Shown here: one piece after another, positions 1-15,163 of the stretch
Layout: the number at the start of each line of letters is the position of its first letter
Numbering within the stretch: position 1 is the stretch's first letter
Origin: Ruditapes philippinarum
Taxonomy: Eukaryota
Direction of reading: 5' to 3'
Length of the DNA stretch: 64,000 nucleotides
Assembly: GCF_026571515.1 (NCBI RefSeq)
Contig: NW_026855421.1
Span: 1-64,000, forward strand
Program-made: the position numbers and the translations under genes
The notes under the pieces: model-generated
Told to the model about the DNA's origin: nothing
Database searches by the model: none
What the model saw: only the letters and a program-made list of their open reading frames with translations

Positions 1-560
1 ATAATATAAATATTTATTAAATTTTGCAGTATCATTCCTTGTAACTACATTTAATTTCTTACATGTATTTACAAGAAGACAAATAATAAATATAAAAAGT
101 AATGCCAAAGATATGAAAACGCTATAAAAGGCAGTTATATATAATTTTGACACCGTAGGTTAACATGTTATTTAAAGGAAATCTGACTAAAATGAGATTG
201 TTTTAAGGATATTGCTGGTGTATTGATCTGTGTAGATACCGCGTTGCAGTAAACTGTCTTTCTCGGATGCAATTATTTGTTCAAATTAAGCCAGAAATCC
301 GAACGTGACATGTCGAATTAACTTGATAGATGAGGTGATTGTGTTTAAACTTCAAACTATTTCAAACGGAAAGCGTCCCATCTCGGAGCATTATTTTTAA
401 AATTGTTTCATTTGCCACAAATTGGTTAGTTAATGATCATTTAAAACATTCTAGCTGTGCTAATGTAATGAAATAACTTAGTATTTTGGATATATTATTT
501 TGAAATAACATTCCAATAGAATTATAATGAATAATATGTAGTATAATTTTAATACTAGAT

Positions 561-942
561 TAAGTAATAGAAAGAGCATCGAAACACGAGGCTATCTGAT
601 TTGTACGAGGGGGCGTAGCCCCCGAGTATTAATCAGATTGCCGAGTGTTTTGATGTTCTTTCTCTTTTGTATCATAGTCAAACATAAAAACACGTTCCGA
701 GCTGTCACAATATGAAACCCCGGGAAAAAGTAACCAATGACCGGGCATCTGAATATGATATTTCTGTCGCTTTCCCTTTCTCTTCCGTCACAATAAGTAA
801 ACCCCAGCAAAAATGGCATGCTCTGGAGTGCGGGTAACTAATACCTGCACTCCAGTTAACATGGTTAACGCACTGTGCATGTATATGTTTACGATTTAAC
901 TCTGACACATTTTCAACAGGAAGGTCCCCAAACTATGATACA
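561..942. mobile_element. Non-autonomous interspersed repeat (Crypton-like), copy 1
   Basis: Homologous over ~380 bp to 44878-45245 (TAAGTAATAGAAA...CCCCAAACTATGATACA); contains hairpin GGGGGCGTAGCCCCC; the family label is from recalled motifs. Confidence 0.6.
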
Positions 943-3900
943 AAAAGGGATAAATGGCATTGGTGTATTTCTATACTTGTAAAATATGCTTTGAAAAAGC
1001 AATCATTTGATATAACCTATTAAAATATAACACATTTTAATGAAAACCAGAAGACAATTTTACAAAATATTCGAAGCATGATTCTGCATTTAGTATAATA
1101 AACGGAATATACTTTTTTTCCTCCTACTTTTGCTGCTCTTAATATGTACTACATAATTTAAACGGGAAAAACTAAATCACATGTGCTCAAGCAAATATGT
1201 TTATGTTGTGTCAATAAATTTTGAATTACGTATTACATCAGTTGTTATCATGCTTATTTATCTTTCGGTTGTATTTTTAAGATTTTCTCTTACATTATCT
1301 TATATATTAACCAGAGACGGGGATGAGGAGGTTTCCATAATAATAGATTGGAAAGAAAATGTTGTGATTATATTTCAATCTGATTATAATGTGCAATCCT
1401 GCGCTTCAGATAATTTAACATTTGTAACATAAAATGCCCAAATTGAAGTAAGTTGGCTTTGGGTTGGTATTTATAAGTTTCTTTCAAAAGAATTAAAACA
1501 AGGATGAAAATGGCTTGACATTTTCTACTGTCTGGCAAAAAAAAAATATTATTTAAATATGTTTTCTCTTCTTAAGACTGAAATACTAAATATAAAAAAG
1601 TCTGAAAAATAGATTTAATAGTTTATTATTAACAAAAATCCATTTACATGTATCACAGTTTTATTGCGGAATGAGCTTGAACACTATTATCCTTTGACAT
1701 GTGTAATTCATGCTTAAGATTATTATGTTATGAATTATATTTTATTGACATTTAATGCATCACGATATTTTGCTTGTAATACAAATAATCAAGACTTTAC
1801 AAATGTAATATTTGGCAGTTCGCAATTGTACATTCGTCTACTTCACATATTGGTTTCACTTGACTTTCTGATGATAGAAAACATGACCAGCCAATATAAT
1901 TATGATTTTTGTTCAATTTTAGTTGTGTATTTGCAATGGATCTTACACTAACAATTGTTTACAAATAAACAAACACCAGTTTGACTTCAAGATATTTTTA
2001 ATGGTGTATTTCCTTAGTAAATAGTCTGTATAATATGCAGTGAATTCAATATTCAAATAATCATTGTAGGCATACTTTTATCTGCGTTTAAAACAATTTA
2101 TCAAACGTATCAGGGGTTAGATAGTTGAGTCTTTTTTGCAGTACGGAACTTTTACGATGTGTTCTCTTTTCTTCTTGACAGGACCTTTTGTCCCTATGTG
2201 AGCTTTTTTTATTCGATATCTAAACAGTATCTTTATTATCCACCAATAAAAGTATTCTGTATTTCTCTTAAATAGCTTTTCCATTTTTTTCTATTAATCA
2301 TTTTTATCCAAAAGTTTATACATTCAGCATGTGTTCAGTGTTAATTTTGTTCAATAAGAATTGATATTATAATATTATATAAAACATTTACTTTGTGGAG
2401 AGTGCTTTTACTAATTCTGTTATTACTTGAAGCTAGACACATTTTTTACACTTTATCTCTGTAAATATTTGATTTCTTTTATTCATGTTATCTCATATGT
2501 ATTCATGTTTAAAATAATTATAAAAGAATATTATTAAACTATTAAACCATCATGTGCAGTATATAACATAAAATCGGACAAACTTGTGATGCCATATTAT
2601 TTTTATGGAATAATTTATCCGAAATATCATGTTAACATAAACATTCTTTTGATTATTACAAAGAAAATGTTGACTTTTGGAAGCAATGATAATGCAGATT
2701 TGATTTCGATGTACCAAATATGATAAAATGATATAACATGCATTTATTTAATTGGACCTGTCTTTTATTTATACAGAAATTACTACAGGGTCTCTATTAA
2801 AGTAATGCTAGAAAATATTTATTTTGGTGACGTTGATTGTTGTATGATTAGTTGTATGATTACATTCCATTTCAAATAAAATGGTTAAATTTAACATTAT
2901 ATCAAAATGCATGTATTTTGTTAGCGTCATTTATTATTGAATGTCCACTTTATCACATAAAAACCATAAAGGAGAAAGTAATATGATTATGCACATTTTT
3001 ATTCACCAGTATAAATCATTTGGGATGTTAATGTTCATTGATAATATTTTAAATTGCTAATTTTAAAACAAATATAGATCTTTATAATGTGTTGCTGTCT
3101 AAAAAGCATGCATACTACCAATCGTTTTCATGACGACCATGAATTGACATAATGATGATAAAACATTAAATGGTCATTGTGTAGAACAATTTGATTTATC
3201 ATTCATCGAAGCTCGTTTCGTTGAGAGAAAATCCTGAAAAAGTCATTCACTATTGCCTCTTAAATATTTAAAGGTTCATTATGTCCAAGACATTCTTTTA
3301 CTGTTATTTCTCAAATGCTTATACTTGATGTTGTCCTGTTGCAATTCCAAATACACAATGGCTAATTACAAGATCCATATTTTGATTTAGTATTTTGTAT
3401 GAAAATTAAAATACTATTTATTTACATTTTCCAACTTTTATGACAGTCAAACAATTTCATATTCAGTGTTATTTTCGTTAACATTCGAGTCTCTGATATC
3501 ATCATTTTAACGTTATAAATCCCATTGTTGCCGTTTTCTTATCATGGAAAGATTAATTCTTTTTCTGAAATATAATGTGTCTTTAAAACGACACTTATGT
3601 AGGAATACTAAGCTAACATAACCCCGTAAAGATATTTATCAAGTCCTCTTTTCTTGCATGCCTCGTGTTTAAGGACTTTCTAATAATAGTATACTCATAA
3701 TAATATAATATATGTCTGTTTAACAATTTATGTAGTCTGATTGGTAAGCTAGGAAGTCTTCCAATAATTGTGTAGGTATGTGCATCATTAAGCATGAAAT
3801 TAAGTAAATGATTTCTGTGAATTATCGTCATATCGTGGGTCTAAGTATTGCATATCTAAAATAACTAACATAAAGTGGAAGTGTTATCGTTGAAAAATAT

Positions 3901-4189
3901 ATCGTTCTTATAATAGTATAACGATTCAATTACTGAATATAAAAGTATGATGTGTTAACCAACATGCTAACAGCAATATTATAGTACAATATTATAGTAC
4001 ATGTACATATATAGAGTATACACAATTATAGTATAATTTTGTTAAAAATACAATTTTACATGCTAATGTGTGGTTCTCCTTTTGAAACAAAAGTGTAAAT
4101 ATTTCTTGAATATTTGTTTGCGTTGTAAAACACACTTTTTGTATCCAGTAGTTCTCTGTCACATTGATCTCAGCCATAGTGATATACTA

Positions 4190-4340
4190 CCAAATAAAAG
4201 TCTGGCATTAGCAACAAAAGCTATGTAATTAAGTTGGCACTAACCAATAATTGAAGTCATATAACTAATGTAATAGAGGTGAAATCTGCACGAAGAAGTT
4301 TCAGACAAAATGTTTTGCAACAATGGTATAAAACGATATC
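4190..4340. repeat. Dispersed ~150-bp conserved motif, copy 1 of 3
   Basis: CCAAATAAAAGTCTG..ATTAG..TGTAATTAA.TTGGCA.TAACCAATAAT.GAAG recurs at 10108-10258 and, truncated, at 7879-7950. Confidence 0.8.
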
Positions 4341-7300
4341 TGTGTGTATACTACTTTGATACTGTTGTATAGAACGTACATTCACATTCTGGCTTGTCTT
4401 CAATAGCATTTTTAATTTTATAAGTCTTTTTTTATTCACTTTTTATGCAGAATACTTAACCATTAAAATAAGTTTATTAATCAATGTTCTTTTTAAAACT
4501 TATTCTGTAACTAATATACAAGTCAGTATTTCTATTTGATATAAAGTAAGCAATCAATACTTAAATTTTTGTTCCATACATATATATATATTAACAGAAA
4601 CTGATTGCGGTCATAAAAAATTTAGCTAATTTTATAGAGGCGGTGAACATGTTTTCAGCAAAAATCATTCAAAATCCTATATAGTAAATTCAAAAATGAA
4701 ATATTTTATCTCCTCCAAAACCTATTTCATATTAAAACTTTTTACTATATATTTCTGTTCTCTCAAGTGCGTAAAAATATGGGTTTGCAGTAACTGGTGT
4801 GATAAACAGAAAACCGGGAAATGTCATTAGAGGAGAGAACTATTGCGCAATCATGTTTAGTTTCTAAATCATCTCTATATCATATCGATTAGTTTTGGAT
4901 CATTGTTTATCATTTGGCAAATGATTTATAACACTGTCACTGATTTATATCTTAGTATTACGACCCTATATATTTATCATATAGAGAGAATTTAGGTTTA
5001 TAGCTCTTTTCATGCAATGATAACATTATATACATATTGAGTATTATTTGTCTTATTAACAGTTATCCTAGCAGTGACATTATTACTCATAGAAAACATT
5101 TTTGTGAAATTATACATGAGATAAAATCAATAAAATATTGCAAATACTGCTTCTTTTCAAAGAATAAAGACTGGCAATTGACTGCCTATAATTGGAATGT
5201 CTTTGTTTTGTTTATTAATGAAATTCATACCAATGTAGCAAAATTAAAAGAATAATATTTGTGAATTTCTGATTTAGCAGGTTGTTTTTTGCATCAAATA
5301 ATCGCAACTCTTACTAAACATAGCAGTTAATTTTTATATTCTATATATGCTGCAAAATTTTCCTCTTTTGTTTTCAAAATCTCAGCGTCTCTGCCTCTAT
5401 CGTATATACGAATATATAACTCATATACATGTACGTGTACCTAGTAGAAGATAATTGTATGCTAATTATCTCATTAAATTATCATACTAGTAAACAATTA
5501 TCAGTCAATCGGTCAGAAATTATCAAATGATTATAAAGACCTCTGACTTTGTAGCACAGGCAAGACGGGGATTTTTTGTATTATTTTGAATTAAGCATAA
5601 ACTGTCTTTAACAAATTTCTACAAATTAAAAATCATATTTTACTTACACTAGGATATTACACGAATGGTGACAATAAACGTTCTGCCATGATATCATTAT
5701 CTAACGTGCAATTCTGAGGAAAACGTATGTTCAAAATTCAATCAGAACTGAGAAAAATGAGTCACGTACATAGTTGAAATTATGATTGATATGTCACATG
5801 ACAATTATCCATTTGTAATCTTTTTTAAATTTATTTCATTATATATTTTATTACTTAAAAAAACAACGGTAAAATCATTTTGTTCCATATCACAGTAGAT
5901 TCTAGAAAGAATAGAAAGAAATGTAACTTAGAATGTGTCCGCTATTGAATTTACATATTATATTATTATTGTATGAAAAACGAATAACATGTTCCAGAAC
6001 AAGATATCATGCTGCTACTTTAAGTAGGGTTTTAACAGGATTACAATGTCTTTGTGCATGTACTATAAGTTCAAAAGGGAATATACAGCATATATATCTT
6101 TCATTCAGGTTTCTAGATGTATTTTCTTAAAAAATAGAAAAAGCAGCAGATATGTAGCTTTATGCTCTTTAAGGTTGATATATTTTACTTGTATTATAAT
6201 TATAATTTACTTAATGAGCTATGTACCATTTTGATTATAGGAAATATTTTAGAAGCAAAAGTGCAACTAAGTATATAAGAAATAGTAATAAAAATGAAAG
6301 TATTCGTAGTTTGTTCGACAACAAAGCAAATAAGGATAGGAGATGTATCATCGAACAGGAAATAATTACTATAGTTGTCATGTCTTATAAATGACATTAT
6401 TATATTATAACTACTACATCAATATATGCTTCTTGTGTATATTGACCAGAAATAAATTTCATTGCTGGGAAATACTTTGAAAATTTCGTTGACTAGTACA
6501 AAAGTCATTTTCGATCCAATGTTTAAATCAAAAGTCCTTATAAGTATCAAGGTGTTGGCGTTAAAGTTAATGCGTGAGTAAAAATAAATTGGCTTCTTTA
6601 TATATCATGATAACCAATGTTATGATACAATAGGTTCATTATTATGCTTCTTACCGATTAATGAAGAATGAAGGGTTTGTTTTAAAACAGTCTTGACATT
6701 CCACGACACCTGGCACAAAAGCAATTTTTTAACATATCCAATGAGTCTGATATGTCGACAGGGCAATGCATTTGATTACGTCTAAAATTTCATTACAAAT
6801 ATAATCACGCAAAAGGGACATGCTATTGCAGTGAAGTGTTTGTTATTATACACGTGTTGGCATGAGTTGCAAGCCATTGAATTGTATAATGGAATGACAG
6901 AATTCTTCAATGTTATATGGATATTTTATATTTGATATGGTTAAGGTAAAAATAGCCCTTTAACTATCAATAGTTGAGCGTTACTCATTTATTATAGATT
7001 TATTGTGTGTATAATAGTTACTTAAATAATAAAGACTTTAAAATGCTCTTCTTCTTTTGTAAATAGGTTTATTCTTGGCAACCTATAATTTCCTTATATA
7101 GTATGTCCTTTATGTGGAAGGTTCTATGCCAAATAAGCAAGATACACAAACGTTGACAATGTTTCTACAGGATAGATTTTTTCGGAAAATTTTTATTTAC
7201 ATTAAAACCAATTTGTGCCTTCTTAATCTCATCCGCGTTAACGACTTTCTAATCATGGCATCTTAAGACGTTTCATTAGCATACTTAACGAACATTAAGA

Positions 7301-7878
7301 CATTTCTTCGGCAACATTATCGAAACAGTTTGGTAGTCATTGCATAAATACGTTTGATTGCATCATCAACTTACGACTAAATGCAATTATGCAAATCTGA
7401 CGTGACATTATCCATTTCGCTGCTGTCGATGCTCATCGATACAATGGCTTGTGTTTTACACTTTCGTTAATGGATAAGAATTTATCCTGGCTTCAACATT
7501 TTTAAAATGCCTTGTTGGCTTTTCAGGTTTTCGACTTTATTTGTTTTTAAGATGATAATGTGTACACTTATACACGTAAAACTCATCCAAATGGACAATT
7601 TGATCACGATCTTAATTAATTAATGTGCTTATTCAGTTTAATTTGTACAGAAAATATGTGATAATGAAAAAAAGGTAGCAACAATGTTAACTTCTTTAAC
7701 TTCATCTTAGTTCAATATATAATTTTGTAGCATAAACAATTAAAACAACCGTGAACTCTAAACTAATACGATATATTATATCAACAAAATACGAAGCACT
7801 TGCTGGTCGTGCCTTGCCAATCATATTTTCAAGTGGAAATGCAGTACTATATTGATTGTACAACTGAAGATAAATTAT

Positions 7879-7950
7879 CCAAAATAAAGTCTGACACTAG
7901 TCATAGCAGCCATGTAATTAACTTGGCAGCGAGCAATAATCGAAGAAGAA
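7879..7950. repeat. Dispersed motif, truncated copy 2
   Basis: AAATAAAGTCTGACACTAG...ATGTAATTAACTTGGCAGCGAGCAATAATCGAAG aligns to the 4190 and 10108 copies. Confidence 0.7.
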
Positions 7951-7973
7951 TAAAACAGTAGATGGATATATTT

Positions 7974-8208
7974 GAGCCGCGTCATGACAAAACCAACATA
8001 ATGAGTTTGCGACCAGCATGGATCCAGACCAGCCTGCGCATCCGCGCAGTCTGATCAGGATCCATGCTGTTCGCTGTCAGTTTCTTTACTTGTTATAGGG
8101 TCTGTAAGCGAACAGCATGGATCCTGATCAGACTGCGCGGATGCGCATGCTGGTCTGGATCCATGCTGGTCGCAAACGCATTATGTTGGTTTTGTCGTGA
8201 CGCGGCTC
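7974..8208. mobile_element. MITE, Sola2-like
   Basis: Almost fully palindromic; termini GAGCCGCG...CGCGGCTC; 4-bp TSD ATTT at 7970-7973 and 8209-8212. Confidence 0.9.
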
Positions 8209-10107
8209 ATTTTAAGACGTTCATGAAGTGACGAATTTTAGCAACGTATTATCAAAAATGTCATGAAATCAATATTCATGAATAGAGACATCTTATTTTG
8301 TTGTTGTTGTTGCTTCTGTTGCTGTTGTTGCTGCATCTTTTTCTGTTGGTGTTCCTGCTATACTTTTGAATTTTAAAATGACAAAAGCGAATCGATGACC
8401 AAGGAGTTTCGACAGCATAAGTGTATAACTATATTTTTTTACTTGTTTAAGCATATATTTTATTGTCAAAATTGCATTATGAATATTCTTTCGACACTAT
8501 CGATGCATTTTAAATAAGTCTCATTCTTAAAGTGGATAGTGTTTCACATCAACTGTTTAGAGATTTTTGATGTAGTAAACTCTCCAGATGCAAGCAGTAT
8601 CTGTTTCAAATATAGCCATATATCCCAGAGTGACATGTCTAATTTGTTTAATAGATAATGAGATTGTATTCAAACTATTCAAACACAAACTAGTCTAGCT
8701 TATGTTATCTAGAACCAATATAATTTATAGTATGTTTGATAAATGATTTATGATTTTATATTATGTTATAAAATATGACATCAACTAAAACTGTCACAGT
8801 GTAAATATTCGTTTTAACAAATAGTATTCTCATCATTCATGGCAATGAAATCTTAATATAGAATGTTAGGGCTTAATTAGTTTTGAGTTTTGACTTTGGT
8901 TAATGGATGTGATTGTTAAATTATTCAATAACGACAAAAATATTATAATACCCATACAAAATAGTAAGTAAATACAAACCATCTTATAAAAGAAGTATCT
9001 AGAAATAAAGCTTCAAACACTGTAGCATTGATGCCTCAAAATGTTATAACGATTCATTTGTTCGAAATCAGTGCTCTTACTTGTCACTAATTTTGTGTTG
9101 ATTTTCATTATGTACGTTACAGACAGTCATTTTGACTTTCAAGATAGTTATTATAGTTGTTCAATAGTATATTTTATTCGTTAACAATAATTGTTTGTAA
9201 CAACATTTGCTCATTTGTTTAAAACAATACAAATATGTAAATAGGTAATTCAATGAGGTTACTTAATGCAAAATAACACATTTTTATTGTCGTTGGATCA
9301 TCTATAGATAGGTTACATTGTAACAAAGATTGGTATCCTGGAAATAGAAAATATAATCAGTTCCATTAAACATCTGTAAATAAATAATTAATCTCCTTTC
9401 ATCTATTCTGTTATTACATTTTTTAAATCGATGTTGTACAATCGACACACATAAAGCATATTTTTTTAGCCTTTACAAGTGATCTGAATTAAACTTTAAA
9501 TACCACGGTAATTCAAAGTTAAAGGACCATGAAATGTGTCGAAAAAAAACTACCCATAATAATGATTTAAATTTTTGTTATCGTTTACGCACAGTAATAT
9601 AATTATATCGTCAGAAATCTTTATAACGAATTTATAACACAGCACAATTAAATGGGAATTGTTTCAATCATTTGTAGCACCCGTGAATATAGATTATATA
9701 AACGATACGATTGTCCAATGAAAATCGGCGTTATAAACTTGTGTCCGAACATTTTTGTGTTCTTCTTTCATAAAACAATTTTCAAAAAAATGGCAATAAC
9801 CGGTAAGTGGAGGTTATTCATAGATTTCAACAAATTTTAGTGATTAAATTTTTTTCACTATACGATGAGCATAGTATATCTTCAAAGAATGTTTGTTAAG
9901 TGAATTACAAATTTTGTAAATTATGTAAAATATAGAAATGTTTTCCTATTTACATATCAATATCACATACAAGTGCCATGATTTCTGTTGATTACAAATA
10001 GATAATTTTGGTTCCAAAAATAAATGTTTATTTTGTTATAGCTGCGTTTGATTTCTCCCATCCCGTGATGTTCTTTTTTATATTGATTACAACGATAGAT
10101 TCAGATT

Positions 10108-10258
10108 ACCAAATAAAAGTCTGACATTAGCCACAAAAACTTTGTAATTAACTTGGCAGTAACCAATAATCGAAGACATACGATTAATGTAATAGATTTG
10201 ATGTCTGCAGGCACCAACTTTCAGACAAAATGTTATACAACAACGGTATGAAAGAGAC
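10108..10258. repeat. Dispersed motif, copy 3
   Basis: Aligns along its full length to 4190-4340, including TTTCAGACAAAATGTT. Confidence 0.8.
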
Positions 10259-12437
10259 ATTTATACTGCTTTCGGGACGCATTTTCTGCGAAACCTATGA
10301 AACAGAAAAACTTAATTCTACAATATATTATGCTATTTTTTGTTCACAAGCTATTGTTTAAAAAACAGCAATTTAAGGTACATTAACCGTTTTGAAAAAT
10401 AATGGAGATTATCAAAATAATGGTCATAAAATCTAGTTTTTCACTCGTGTAACGTAAAATACATACATCTATTTTTACGTTCTCTGTAATTATTCAAATA
10501 AGTCTATCCTTATTTTTTAACAGTAATGCCCCTTTATTTTTTGGCGTGGACTTATAACGTAACGATTCTTAAGATGGTTCCAGATAATGTGGCTGATACC
10601 ACGTATTAACCATCATAGTCGTTTTTGAAAAGTACCAATAAAGTAAGGTATGTAGCATTATCAATTTGACAGTGTTGTACGACCTTTAATGTTGCCACTT
10701 TAATAATAGTCTCTGTAATTAATAGACAATATAATCAGTGCCAGACAACCTTTTTCTATTAATTATAAATAAGGCTATGGATTCACTGTAATCTGCCGTT
10801 TCTTTTTCATAAATTTATAACCAATGAAAAAGAACACATTGTATCTGTAATTAAGTGAAGCAATAAAACATTCAATACAATCAGACACAATCATAATACT
10901 TTAATGACCTTGTACATATATCACAAATTCTGAATTGTCTACGATAGGTCACCTTTGTGATCACTGTGGATTACGTCGTTTGCCGATTGCATTTTTGCGC
11001 TCATATTTGCAAAGGATAAAAATACGTGTACTGTTTACATAACCTTTATATAAAACTGACCATGGAAACAAGAACAAGAACAATTGGACATTCAGAAATG
11101 CTAAGTACAAAGATAACTTATCAATAAGATAACAATTCTGCAAGACGTTCAGGTTCAGCAATTGATAGTTATTCAAGAATAATATTTTTAAAGGGGACAC
11201 GAATTTCATTCGTTGCAATAGTTTTTGAACGCTCGTTTGGCTTTTTAAAAAAAAGGATTTAACTAATGTATATTACGATTACGAATAATACAATTGTTAA
11301 ACATTGAAGGCGAGCAAATAAGTTTTTAAATGTTGAATTTTGTCATTGCATGATGTCCTAAGGTAAGAATCCATTAGCGTGACAACATTGGTAATCACTA
11401 TTTAAGCTATGTTTGGTTTCCGTAATGAACCTGACTCGTTGGTTCTCTAAGAATTAACAAAATAATTTCAGTTTATAATAAAATAAAATACAATACATTA
11501 TGCAAATGTACCATGATATTTCAATTAAGTGCCGTACATTAAGAGTACAGCAGTAAGATTTCCATACTATCTGTAAATTATTAACATAATTCTCACAAGA
11601 GACTTAAACCAAACATAAAAGTGATGATGTGTTCAAGCGGCAAAAATGATACATGTATATAAATTTAGCGTGAATTAACCAAAGATTTGACTAACAAGAG
11701 CATATCGGTTTAAGATATTACGGCTGAATTTGTGTGAATTTAATATGTTGAATAAAGTGCATATACATATATGTCTGCTTTCAGTAATGATTTCTGTGAA
11801 AATCTGTATTTTTTTATTATTATTATTTACATAATATTTTTTCGCGTTCAAGAACAGTTCGGCAATATTCCAAGAAACAATATTTTGATATTTTAGCTAT
11901 AATAATATTAAGTGCAATCCATCCATCAATATCAATCTAAATTTAGACATCATTCTACAGGAAAGTACGTAATATTGTTTTATTATTATTATTATTATTA
12001 TACTATAAAACATTTAAAGTATAAATTAGTTTCTGAATGTACAGATATCATAAAATACATGCCATTGTATAAAGATTATTTCAAATGAAAACATTAGATT
12101 TATAATTATAATAACGATGTTTTCTTTTTTCTTGACATTATCAACCTGGTGAAAATACAAATAATTTGTACTTTTTACGATAAAATTCTTTTAGATGAAT
12201 GATTTCTGTACAAGCTTGTGACAAATGGTTTTATCAATTATTTCCATTTTTAAATAACCAGTAGATCTTAAAGCATACTTTGCTATTAAGAAGGAATAGT
12301 ACCTAATTTGCTGCTAAAGTGACTTAAAATTCCAACTGGCTGATCCTTTTTCCTTTGTACATGTGTTTGGTAAAATTAATCATATCCTAGTTCTTATTTA
12401 CTTGCTAGTTTTCTTGCTTACTAACTACCTTCCTTAA

Positions 12438-12793
12438 AGCTGCATGCCTCCAGATGAGCCAAAATATTTCAGGAAAATAAAAATATAGACATAAGTACTG
12501 ATATTTAAAGAAAAGTAAAAAGATTTAAAATAAAAGATAAAATTTCCTCGTTATGTGCAATTTATGGTCGATTTTGCAGTGTTTTTTTTTAACTTTTTTT
12601 TACTGCGTTACTAACGCAGTTAGGTTTTTTTGCATATTTTGACCTTTTTTGACAAATCACTAATTTATTAATTTAATTGTTAGTGCTGTTTGCTATGTGA
12701 AAATTATTTTCTCTGTTCGCTTGACAATATTTTACTTTTTCATTCATTTTCAAATTTTTATGAAAAATAGCATGAATCTGGAGGCGTGCTGCT
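12438..12793. mobile_element. MITE, Kolobok-like (TTAA TSD)
   Basis: TIR AGCTGCATGCCTCCAGAT / ATCTGGAGGCGTGCTGCT flanked by TTAA at 12434-12437 and 12794-12797. Confidence 0.85.
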
Positions 12794-15123
12794 TTAATAG
12801 CCACTCACTCCTTGTTAATGACCCTTTTCTTTATAACAAACTGCTAGATAAACTAAATATCCTAGAATCCCATTGTCATACAACTCATTGATCTTTCTAA
12901 ATTAAATATAGATTATTTCTCAGCAGTATTCATGTTAAGGCAAAACGAATTAACAAACACATAATTTATACATGAGAATAGCCAATGGGGATATTTAATC
13001 CTTCAAGAATGATGATTGTGGTACTTTAATTTTCTGTTGTGATTCAGACGTTTTGGATATTGATAACCTTGCAAGTACATGTAAAGAGTTGTTTTAAGGG
13101 GGTTCATCCCCTCAACTTTCCGTTTTCGCCTATGAAGGTCGAGCAATAATTGCAAACAACTGCAACCCCTCTTTTAGATTTGCAATTTTTAGTAAAAGCA
13201 AATGATTTCAATGCGTGTATTTCGATTTGCTGATATAAAGGTTTCAACAAAAAACAATTTAATCATTAAATGTAAAGTTACCTTGAACCTTTATTGACAT
13301 GCACTTTAAATCCTTAAATATAAAACTCGTTTTTCCGTATTTTATCGACGGCAAATCTCTGAATCAAGATAATATACAAGTGTGTCATTGACATAAGCAG
13401 TAGTATTGTTATTAAAGAAGGCAAGTGAATTTCAAAATAAATGATCCCAGAGTTGGAAGTTAGACCAATTAACATTTTCAAAATGTTTTACAACAGCGAA
13501 TGTTTTTGAAAGAAAAAAATCGCTAGCAAAAAGATCCAGATACATAATATTACATTACAATGTATGACACCATTTCTAAGTCTTCTTATACTAGTATATA
13601 CAGAGTACTACTGAGTAAATGCTTGTGAAAATGTGAGACTTATTAACATTTCGAACTTTATTTGAATAATCTAGATAAATAAACTTTGTCATTGATTCAA
13701 GTTGCTCTTATTAAACATAGTAAATCGTTCTAGCACAGATGTTCCTGAGAAGATATTTACAGCTTAGGAACTAAATGATTCACTTATTCTTTTTATGGGT
13801 GTGTTTTAACAAACACTTTACAATATTTATTTCAATAATTACAAGCAATATTGATTTTTTCCTCATCTTTGCTTTAAATGCTTCTTTGAACATGCAAGAT
13901 ATCTCATCTCATTTATTGGTATTGGTAACTTTAAGGTTATCTGTTAGAGTTTGGTTTTCAGAAGTTGTTTCTGGCAAATTGAATAAATTTTTCATATACA
14001 TATCGGCTGAAATTGCGCTATTTATTATATAAAATTCAGCCATTTCTCTGTAATATAGTTTTTCATTTACTTGTTTTCTTTTCTTTAATTTAACGTAGCA
14101 CCAACACTATCAAAGTAATATGGCAATTTTCTAGCATCGGCACATTATAACTCTTAGTTGCCCCTCCTTGCATCATTTCAGGTACCTTAGGAAGAACGAC
14201 GTTCGTAAACTAGCTCTGATAGAATCCACAATAGACAGGGGCTTAAATAAAATCAATATGTATATTTATACTATCCAACCAAATTTATAGCAATATTATA
14301 CAGTTTTTGTTTGAATAAAATAGTTTTTATTTTCTGTTGGGTGCCATATTAAAATACATGTAGTTTGTTTTTCCATGCTTTAAAATTACATCTACACATA
14401 AACCGTTACGGTAGTATTTTGTTCAATACTAAATCATTATTTAATTTTTTCTTATTTAACTAGAGGAAAATTGTTTTTACACTGTGATCCTCTTATCAAG
14501 ACATGATAATAAAGATTAATCTTGCTATAATCATGTAAGATACGTTTTGAAACTGACTGAAAGGAACTCCTCTGAGGTATTTGACATGATGGGACCAAAT
14601 ATATTTAAATATATGGGACAAAATATATTTTTCAGAGATGCTTGTACCATTTGAAGTAAGTCTGAACCAATAACGTGTGCAAATTTTAAGACCATTACAA
14701 TCACTCAGTTATTCCAGAATTATCATTTTATTGTGCTGTATGGTCAACACTAAAAACGCGTTACAACGCTCCAACACTAGTATGAGCGCAAAAAAATCGA
14801 TCTACCATTTAATTCGTAGGCTATTTCCTTATTACATTTTGCAAATGTTTCCGCTCTTAGTGCTTTGCTTGTGTCAACATTTCATTTGTTTTGTTTTGAG
14901 GCTTTCTGATCTCAGTGAAGCTCATTAAAAGCACATTAAACTTTGTGTATTTTTCAGCTATTTTTATGAATATTATCATTCATTTAGAGTAATACATCAT
15001 TGTCGTCATCATTAGTATGCTTTACATCACTGGAAATATTCTATTTATTGCAATATTTAGCACATTCCATATAAAGTTATAACTAGATGAATAAGATTTA
15101 GCTAATACTAATATACATCTGTG

Positions 15124-15154
<31 letters not shown>

Positions 15155-15163
15155 CTGATTGAT
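15124..15163. repeat. (GATT)n microsatellite
   Basis: About 10 tandem GATT units, one variant. Confidence 0.95.

Noticed and set aside
2181-2250. Tiny terminal exon (AG|GACCTTTTGTCCCTATGTGA followed by AATAAA)
   Set aside because: No upstream exon could be linked to it; such signals are common by chance in AT-rich DNA
3613-3831. 72-aa ORF vaguely like a retroelement C-terminal tail
   Set aside because: Only a recalled impression with no catalytic motif; it would need a tblastn search against repeat proteins
8297-8360. Poly-Q or poly-T coding tract on the minus strand
   Set aside because: A degenerate trinucleotide microsatellite with no credible ORF context
13790-14200. Possible decayed LINE ORF1 on the minus strand (MKNLFNLPE...)
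   Set aside because: Internal stops and too little motif to support a call
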